From Octopus vulgaris (taxonomy: Eukaryota), in assembly GCA_951406725.2 (NCBI GenBank), contig OX597826.1, positions 28,396,001 to 28,460,000 on the forward strand: 64,000 nt of DNA. Reading direction: 5' to 3'. Below, in pieces: positions 55,005-64,000 of the stretch. A program made the translations under genes and the position numbers. How positions within the stretch are numbered: the first letter of the stretch is position 1; each line of letters starts with the position of its first letter. The notes beneath the pieces are model-generated. The model was not told the origin of the DNA. It saw only the letters and a list, made by a program, of their open reading frames with translations, and searched no databases.

Positions 55005-55405
55005 CATCATCATCATCGTTATCATCTAACACCCATTTTCTATACTGTCATGGGTTGGACGGTTTGACAGAAGGTGACAAGGCCTGGAGCCGCACCACGG
55101 TCCATCGTCTGTTTTTGTAAGCTTTCTACAGCTAGATGCCCTTTCTAATGCCAACCATTTTACAGATTGTACTGGGTGTGGCACTAACACTAGCACCAAT
55201 GCCGTTTACATGGCACCAGCATCAGTGCTTTTTGCGTGGCACCAGCGGCAGTGCCTTTTACGTGACACCAACACCGCTGCTTTTTATGTGGCACCAGCAC
55301 CATGCTTTTTACGTGGCACAAGTCGCAGTGCCTTTTATGTACCACAAGCATTAATACTTAATACGTGGAACCAGCACCGGTACTTTGCAGGTGGCACCAG
55401 CACCG
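55005..55405 (-). mobile_element. Repeat family H with internal ~24-27-bp tandem units
   Basis: Repeated tgc(c/t)ttttacgtggcaccagca units at 55195-55405. Confidence 0.7.
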
Positions 55406-55866
55406 ACGACTCGTCTCCATATACCTTAAAGCTTTGTGAGCGTGTAGGACAGGTCCATCTCATCAGCTATTCAAAAGAAGTATGCACTCTGCTTCCAAAC
55501 ATCCGATGGTCGTGTCATACCTGCAGTGTCACACTTATTAAAAACATGTGATTCCAAACAAATTGGTTAAGTGCTACTTTGTGTGCGTACGTGCGTGCCA
55601 CGCGCGCGTTGATGTAATAAAAATTTCATAATCTTTGGAAAGAACGTAAAATAATTCCCCTTTTGGGATAGTGGTTCTCGAAGCTCATCACATGCAGCTA
55701 TAAAGAATAGCTGTATGTGATGATCTTCGAGAACCACTATTCCAACAAAGATGTATGGGTGTGTGCGCACCATATGATGATCAATCGATATATATATATA
55801 TATGTAGGTCCCGGGTTGAGTCGGGGTTAACCACAGTAAATAAGGTACTCAATACATGGCAGAGTA

Positions 55867-55989
55867 AATTAATTTTATAGAAGGAGCTTCTACAGGACTA
55901 GACCTGTTTCATTCAACTGAAATCATCAGGAAGCCTGATGATTTCATTTGAATGAAACAGTTCTAGTCCTGTAGAAGCTGCTTCAATAA

Positions 55990-55997
<8 letters not shown>
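55867..55997. repeat. Near-perfect 64-bp inverted repeat (3-nt loop) made of two back-to-back hammerhead cores
   Basis: Left arm 55867-55930, loop aag, right arm 55934-55997. Each arm reads outward CUGAUGA-uuuca..ugaau-GAAA-cag.-UC-uagucc. A related fragment lies at 24614-24638. Confidence 0.85.
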
Positions 55998-56027
<30 letters not shown>

Positions 56028-56315
56028 GTTTATGTTTATATATATGTATGTAGACACACACAGACACAATTTTGAAATTGCAGAGATATTCTCAGTTGGT
56101 TGAGGTTTCCCAACTTATTACCATTAAGAACACAAGGACCCAACCACCACCCGATACTATACTAATCGTAACTATATATTTTTGCACACGGGAGTATTTT
56201 CCCCTGGGGTACATACCCTCATCTCTACTACTGACAACCCAATCCATTAAAGCCAACACCAAACCGTTTAACGTAACCAGCTATATAACACTGACCCATT
56301 TTATAAAAAGCAAGC

Positions 56316-56514
56316 CCATAAATCAACCAGCGCCACATATCACTGAGCTTTTCTTCTTTTTTCTAAAAGTCAAGGCAGCTCATAAATCACGATATTAAAC
56401 ATGCAGCCAGCCATCTGTCAATCAATCATACCATTGGGTTTGGTTTGCTTTAAATGCCAAAGGCAGCCAGTCAGCCTTAGTGGGAAATCCAGCCGAGCTT
56501 TTAGAGCGTGAGAA
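56316..56514. promoter_or_regulatory. Candidate intronic enhancer (Pbx-Hox and Pbx-Meis/Prep motifs plus CSL-like sites)
   Basis: Minus TGATTTATGG (56316-56325), TGATTTATGA (56380-56389), TGATTGATTGACAG (56415-56428); plus GTGGGAA (56480-56486) and CGTGAGAA (56507-56514). Confidence 0.35.
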
Positions 56515-57854
56515 GAATTAGTTCAGGTGGTATAAACGCCCAATGCTCGCTTAGCATGCAAGAACCACTAGGAACGATATCCGGGTCCTCTACGTCATAA
56601 TTTTAAGGTGGAGACATGGTTAAGAAGTTTGCTTCCGTGCCACATGGTTCTAGGTTCAGGCCCACTATCCGGTACCTTGGGTAAGAGTGAATGTAAGACA
56701 GAAACTGAAAGAAGCCCATCGTATATGCGTGTCTGAGTGTGTGTATTTTAGTTTCTCATAGTCCAGCGTCCTGGTTTTTAAATACATCTAACGTTATGAA
56801 ATGAGCCCGAAAGATTACTTAGAGTTACAGTGACGTGATATAAACCTGCCAATTTAATGTATCTTAAGGCATGAAACTATTAGTAGCTCTTTTGTAATTG
56901 TCTACTTAAAAGGATAGTTATCTCTCACTGGATGGAGAACATTTTTTTGTTGATCCTACCTATAATGGAACTGTATATATATAAAAGTATAGGGGCATTC
57001 GTTGCAACTGTGCACCGCTGGATCCAACAATTTGTAGTCGATTTCCTTCTCTTGGTCGATGACGGCTTTGCACCACTCAGGCGACGACCCTCTAACCCAC
57101 GGGTCTGTTTGAGTAGTTGCTGCTGATGAGGGTTTCACAAGGTCGGAGTGCAAATCCTACCACAACCTCTTTTAGTCACCTTTTACAATACACAGACGAA
57201 ACGATGTGTCTATCCTTTGGCATGCCGGTTCCCACAGAACGCAACGTGTGTGTCCTTGCCTGGATATCGCGTGATAGTTATAAATGGGTGTCACCATCAT
57301 ACAAGCAGTATAATTTGTTTCCAATTTTGTACAAAAACCTGTCGGGCCAGCGGCGAAATAACACCTTGCTTGGAAACACATGGCGGTTGGCAACATGTGG
57401 GGCACCCATCCGTTTAAAATCTGCATCATATAAACTCATCCGACCCAAGCAAACATGGAAAAGAGGACGCTGAAATAGCTATACCATTTGCCAAAACTAT
57501 CTAACTATCAGGAATCCTAATGACCTCAGTCAGACCATCTAGCTTACCCCTAATACTTAACCCTATCATGCATACTTTTTATATCACAGTTAATACATCA
57601 ACTAAAACTTCATCGCAATGCATGGCGGTAAATTCACCGACACAGTTTCTATTGGCCAAGTATACATCGTTATACATTTAAAGCTGTTCCCAATTGACTA
57701 AATGCATTAAATATTGTTTATACTTTTTATATACAGAGTAAATATATTGTGTTTAAAGTTATTATTCGCATAGTAACTCAGTGGTTAAGCATTATTTACA
57801 ATGAAAAAAAAATGGGAAAAAAGATATCCAAAGAGAAAAGGAATCGAAAAATAA

Positions 57855-57950
57855 GAAACCTTCATCCAATGATCTGGAAATTGGTAGAAATCTTGAAAAG
57901 AGCAGAAACGAGGTAACAATCATACAACATGTTACCGGTGCCTGTCCAGG
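57855..57950 (+). pseudogene. Possible MULE-type transposase C-terminal remnant
   Basis: HPMIWKLVEILKR / EVTIIQHVTG resembles HPNIWKFIEVLKKE..EVKIIQ..AG. Confidence 0.35.
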
Positions 57951-58380
57951 AATTCCATATTACAAGCAAAAATATAAAGAAGGTACAGTATGAATTAATC
58001 TTATCGATAATCCTTTTGTCCTTCCATCTTCTTCCCGCTTCAATTCTTTGGGAGAATCATGGGGGCAGAGCCGTCAGGCACCCCCAACAATAAGAAGGTC
58101 CATCATTACAATATCCGGTTGAATCCTCAAGTGTGACTTAATTACGACTATGGATGTCATCCAACCATCTCGTTCTTGGCTTACCTCTGGGTCTCCTGCC
58201 GGTCGATTCGGCTTGAATAATCATATCACCGATGAATAATAAAATCCCAAAAGAGTATGGATGAATACTTCTTTAAAAATGCATTATTATCTTTTTAGAA
58301 TTTTCCGTATCAATTTGTGTTTGTGTGTGTGTGTGTGTGAATTCATTTTCAAAGGTAATTTTGATCTGATTTGATTTACA

Positions 58381-59098
<718 letters not shown>

Positions 59099-59434
59099 TA
59101 ACAAATAAAAGTTAATTATTTAAAATTTCTGTTTTGTTATTAATGAAATGAGATGAATTCATCCTTCAACGTTTTTTTATTTATTTCACAGACATCCATT
59201 AACTACAGCTATGCTATCCAAGCTATTTAGCTCCACAAATCTAGATAACTACAGCATACCAGCTAATTATCCATCCATTGCAAGCATTAATTGAAAAGTT
59301 AACTAAAAATAATTACGCGGCAGGAGAAAGAAAACAAAAATATTAGTCATTTGTATTGAAGCTTCTATATACGTCTAACCATCGACTTAGCAGCATCAAA
59401 TATTAAAATATTAACAGTGTGGTTCCTTCATAAA

Positions 59435-59480
59435 TACTTCTCTGATGAGGACGTAATAAAGCCGAAACATGTCAGAAGTA
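59435..59480 (+). ncRNA. Canonical minimal type I hammerhead ribozyme motif
   Basis: uacuucu-CUGAUGA-gg(acguaauaaag)cc-GAAA-caug-UC-agaagua; perfect 7-bp stem I, palindromic ACAUGU stem III, GUC triplet. Confidence 0.8.
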
Positions 59481-59667
59481 TGTGGCCGTTTGGACTTCTA
59501 GAAATGAGAGCTAAATCTCCATCAAAATCTGCTTTCCTAAAAAGGAAGGAGACCATGAATACGAATCTAGTTTCCTGAATACAACTCTTTGCTTAAAAAA
59601 ATATGGGCTGGTCATAACTGGAATAACTAATAAGTCTACACAATCAAGGCTCATAAACAGCAAAGTA

Positions 59668-59850
59668 CAAGGGGATACTGAAAAGCTCCCGGCTTTAAGG
59701 GCGTCGCGAAAGACCTGGTTGGAGGCCCAATCTCCCGAGTTCTTTTACAGGGCTTAGAAAAACTGAAGGACCTTGTAATAATCAAATCATAATTAACTGA
59801 TCTTCTGTATTTTCTTTTACTCAAAGCCAAGAACTTGTCAGCACCCCTCG
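59668..59850 (-). mobile_element. Tc1/mariner-type MITE (internally deleted)
   Basis: Same TIRs as 4914-5126, TA flanks. Confidence 0.75.
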
Positions 59851-59893
59851 TATATGCACACATCTTTCTCCATCGTTTCTCTCTTTTCTCTAT

Positions 59894-59932
59894 ATATTCT
59901 GACAAAGGACAACTTATCCGAAACGTTGATAT
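59894..59932 (+). ncRNA. Decayed hammerhead-like motif
   Basis: auauu-CUGACAA-a-gga(caacuua)ucc-GAAA-cg-UU-gauau; G8A change without a compensating C3U. Confidence 0.45.
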
Positions 59933-60026
59933 TTCTTCATTTTCTTTACATAGTATTTAATTGCATTCGATTTTGTTATTTGCGTTTCAAGAGACTACTA
60001 AACTCATAAATTTACCTTTGTGTTTG

Positions 60027-60119
<93 letters not shown>

Positions 60120-60241
60120 GGGAGCTGGGTAGATAGCCAATTACCAAAAGGAGAAACGACCAGCCAAACATGCAAGCAACTGACCAACAATCATCTGTAC
60201 AAACCAAATAAACGGCAGTAACCAAGCAAGCAACCAACACA

Positions 60242-60292
<51 letters not shown>
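60027..60292. repeat. (GATA)n-(GA)n and (CCAG)n microsatellites
   Basis: Seen directly. Confidence 0.9.
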
Positions 60293-60418
60293 ACCGACCA
60301 ACATGTAATATAACTTAACTTTTTCACATAACTGACTCAGTAAAACAACCTTGTAGTCTCAGTCCAAGGTCTCTTTTTTCTATGACACCAGCACCACCAC
60401 CACGAACACCACCATCTG

Positions 60419-60464
<46 letters not shown>

Positions 60465-61104
60465 ACATATAAACACGCAATGACAGTTACCACCATAACT
60501 GCCACAATTATGACAAATGACACTACTACTACTACTACTGCTGCCATATTATCATACAGAGTAGGCCATTGTTTTTACAACACTCCTTTAACAACAATAT
60601 AATCTAGTCAAGGCCAAGTTTATGTACACAAACACACACACGAACACACGTACATACACACTCACACACATACATGAATATACATAGATATGTACCTACA
60701 TTCATGTATACCGACAGACAGACACACACACACACACACACACACCTATGTCAAGTTCAGAAAATACTATTCCTGGGTCTGCTCATCTTCCACTGTGTAA
60801 GCCTCTCTTCCTCTACTACGAACAATAATACTACCGCTACAGCCAAAACCACCACCACCCCCACCCCCACCACCCCCACCGCTACTGCAAACACCAACAT
60901 CAACCACAATTCCAACACAGGACAGCATCAATATCGTACCAAACTGCTAGAAACTGATTCCAAAACAGAGATCACTCCTCCCCAAGTAACTTTAGTGCTA
61001 GTACCACTTCCATCCACCAGCTTCAACACAAACTACGATGGTGGATGGGGGTGGAGAATATCTGTTGTAATGGGGTCTCTGAGTAGTAGTAGTAGTGGTG
61101 GTGG

Positions 61105-61328
61105 TTTCAAATTTTGGCACAAGGCCAGCAATTTGGAAGGAGGGAGTAAGTTGATTGCACTGACCCCAGTGATGAACTGGTACTTATTTTATTGAACCCC
61201 CCACTTCCTGCCGACTCCCACCGAAAGGATGAAAGGCAAAGTTGACGTCAGTGGAATTTGAACTCAGAATGTTAAGACGAATGAAATGCCACTAAACATT
61301 CGACCCGGCATGCTAACGATTCTGCCAT
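61105..61328 (-). mobile_element. SINE family B
   Basis: Similarity to the consensus. Confidence 0.75.
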
Positions 61329-61798
61329 ATCATCAGTCAAAAGAGCAGTCAAATCTCTCTCAAATCACACACCACTACTGTTTAAAAGGAAGGACATATC
61401 AGATTATTGAAGTATTAGATAAACTATGTCTGAATAAAAGCAGGGATGGTCATGACCGGAACACCTTTAATCATAGATTTGCTCAGTCAGATGTGCCTTG
61501 AGGCTAACCCACAACAACAACGACAGTATTAATCAATGAGGGAACCTCTACATTGTCTTTGAAACAGCTAGAAAGAGCAGTCAAATGCCTATTACTGTCT
61601 TACATTAAAAGGAAAGATGCATAGGGTTTATTTAGTCTGAAAAAGAGAAGATGGCCACGACTGGATTGCCTTGAATAATATTAACAATTATTTATTTAAA
61701 TAAGCAGAAGGAAAAAAAAATTGAAGAAATATTAAAAGAAAAAAGAAAATAATTCTTTTAATGCAAAAAATAATAAAATGAAAAGAAAAGAAAATATA

Positions 61799-62214
61799 GG
61801 CTCTGGCATGGTTTTGTGGTAAGAAGCTTGCTTCCCAACCACATGGTTCTGGGTTCAGTCCCATTGCATGGTACTAACAGCAAGTGTCTTCTACTACAAC
61901 CTTGGGCTGACCAAAACCTTTTGAGTGGATCTAACAGATGGAAACTGAAAGAAGCTTTTTTTGTGTGTGTGTGTGTGTATGTATATGTGTATGTGTGTCA
62001 TTGTGTTCCCATCACCACATGACAGCCAGTGTTGGTTTGTGTATGTCCCCATAACTTAGTGGTTCAGCAATAGAGAGTGACAGAATAAGTACCAGGCTTA
62101 CAAAAAAAAAAAATAAATAAAAGATAAACAGTGTGGGGGGAGAGGGGTTGATCCATTCTTTAAGGCAGTGCTCCAGCATGGCCACAGCCTAAATGACTGA
62201 AACAAGACAAAAGA
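61799..62214 (+). mobile_element. SINE family A, diverged
   Basis: Head, core and tail present. Confidence 0.8.
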
Positions 62215-62454
62215 TGACCGAAATGAAATTATCAAAATGCATGAGGAAAACAAGACCGAAACACATAAAATATTGCCCTCCACAATTATTTTCCCCATTA
62301 AATTCCAACGTAATCATCACCAACATCATCTGAAAGGGATCTCTAGATTTTGTTGAAAAATAAACTCACTTTCCTGAAAGTTATGAGGAAAGAATATCGG
62401 GGGAAGGGGCAGAGAGGAGAACGCTACATCTCTGTAGTTGTGCCCAATTGATGA

Positions 62455-62715
62455 GATCACATGACTGGCCAGGCTATCAGATGTTGTCGCATATTGCTGG
62501 TCACAATGCGTTTTTGCTCATTGTTTTAGCCTTCAAATGATGCCACCCCGCTGGCTAGGTGAGCAGGCCAGCATCCCCCCCCCCCACCATTGATCGAACA
62601 GGGGACTGGAGCAACATGAAATGAAGGGTTTTGCTCAAGAACACAATGCACTGCCCATTCAGGGAATTGAACCCCCAGTCTAGCGATCCCAGACTAACCA
62701 GTAGGCTATGTGCCT
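62455..62715 (-). mobile_element. Mosaic SINE: family D head/core with family C tail
   Basis: 62455-62570 matches 19660-19755; 62600-62715 matches 58650-58776. Confidence 0.65.
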
Positions 62716-63841
62716 AGTACTAGGCTGTCCAACTGATGTAAGTAAACTAAAAGCAAATTTTCTTATTCAACTTTATATTTCTTCAACACCACCCAATGAA
62801 TATGAAAGGATACTAGGATCAACATAATTTGGTTGATGCTGGATAAAGATTATAATTTGTGGAAAGCAGCATTACAAATATTTGGACAACTTTTATAATT
62901 TCTAGAACTATAAACAAACGCTAAACTACCTCACAGTAAAGTGAAGAGTTGCAGTGATCAAGATTCATGTCTTTAAAATATTCAGTATTAAAAGAAGCTA
63001 CTACAAAACTGCATTTTGATAAAAATATATCAAAACAGGGATTGATAAAAATATTCCACACAGTTTAGTCATTAATAATTGCTTCCTTTTTAGTAAAAGT
63101 AACACAAATCTATCTAAATAAGCAGTTTTTCCAATAATATATACATAAACATGCATCTATGTATATATGTAAAGGTACATGTATATATATGTAATTTGTG
63201 AGTATAGAAAAACAGACACACACGAGCATATGTGTGTGTATAGATAAATCTAAGTAACAAGCGATGCCTTCATTCATAACCTGATCAATTATCAATAGAC
63301 CCCCCCAAAAAAAAAGGGGGGGGGTGTAAAAGGAAAAAATAATTCCTATCAAATCAAACCAAACAGAGAACACCAAAAGAAAAGCAAGAAGCAAGTCTGA
63401 TTGAAACTTGCCAAAAATAATAAAACCAATAAAACTAATAAATAAACAAATGAATGAATATATAGATAATTAAAAAATTACAAACGAGATAAATAAATAA
63501 AAAAAATAACAAAGAAAAGCCAAACAATGATTATAATTGCCTAAAAACACATCAATTATAATTATGAACTAATTGACTTAGTGTCAAATGTTGATTTTGG
63601 ACACACACACACATATTTATGAAAAACAACAATAACAACAGGTGCTCTAATTATCTCAGGAACCTATAGAAAGTATTGTTACTTATTAAGGTGAAACATC
63701 TTCAAGAATTGTAACACAAAAACATACAGTAGTTTGAATATTTGGATATGTATGTGTGTTTGTGTGTGTGAGTGTTTGCATCCATCTATATATATATATA
63801 TCCACATATACACGGATATATATACATATCTCCACACATAC

Positions 63842-63890
<49 letters not shown>

Positions 63891-64000
63891 CACACATACA
63901 CGGATATATATATACATATCTCCACGCATACACAGATATATATATATATATATATATATACATACATACACAGACACATATCACACATACATATGCATAC

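Noticed and set aside
55195-55405. CRISPR-like short repeats
   Set aside because: Degenerate tandem units without unique spacers, inside a eukaryotic retroposon; no cas genes.
60674-61195. 173-aa Thr-rich ORF
   Set aside because: Built from (CA)n, (ACC)n and a SINE B tail; antisense to mam with no recognisable domain.

Overview
AT-rich, repeat-dense animal genomic DNA. The SINE families and the very high (TA)n/(TG)n/(TAA)n load suggest a cephalopod, probably Octopus (inferred, not proven). The only well-supported host gene segment is a 2.95-kb terminal coding exon on the minus strand (41927->38982, 981 aa) of a Mastermind/MAML-like Notch co-activator. Its N-terminal basic-domain exon was not found, so ~41.9-64 kb is probably one large intron. 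The rest is transposon-derived: several tRNA-SINE families, mariner/hAT/piggyBac-type MITEs, Helitron/Helentron-type elements, R4/Dong LINE ends in (TAA)n tracts, and decayed Penelope-like elements (PLEs), including a 1.8-kb RT + GIY-YIG relic of Naiad type. The most striking unannotated signal is about 15 minimal type I hammerhead-ribozyme motifs, intact or decayed, on both strands. Four of them lie in two copies of a composite element in which a tRNA-derived Pol III head sits between two long inverted arms that each carry a hammerhead. One copy lies about 100 nt from the mastermind 3' splice site. Almost all other ORFs in the supplied track are microsatellite or SINE artefacts. All calls were made by eye with no database search.
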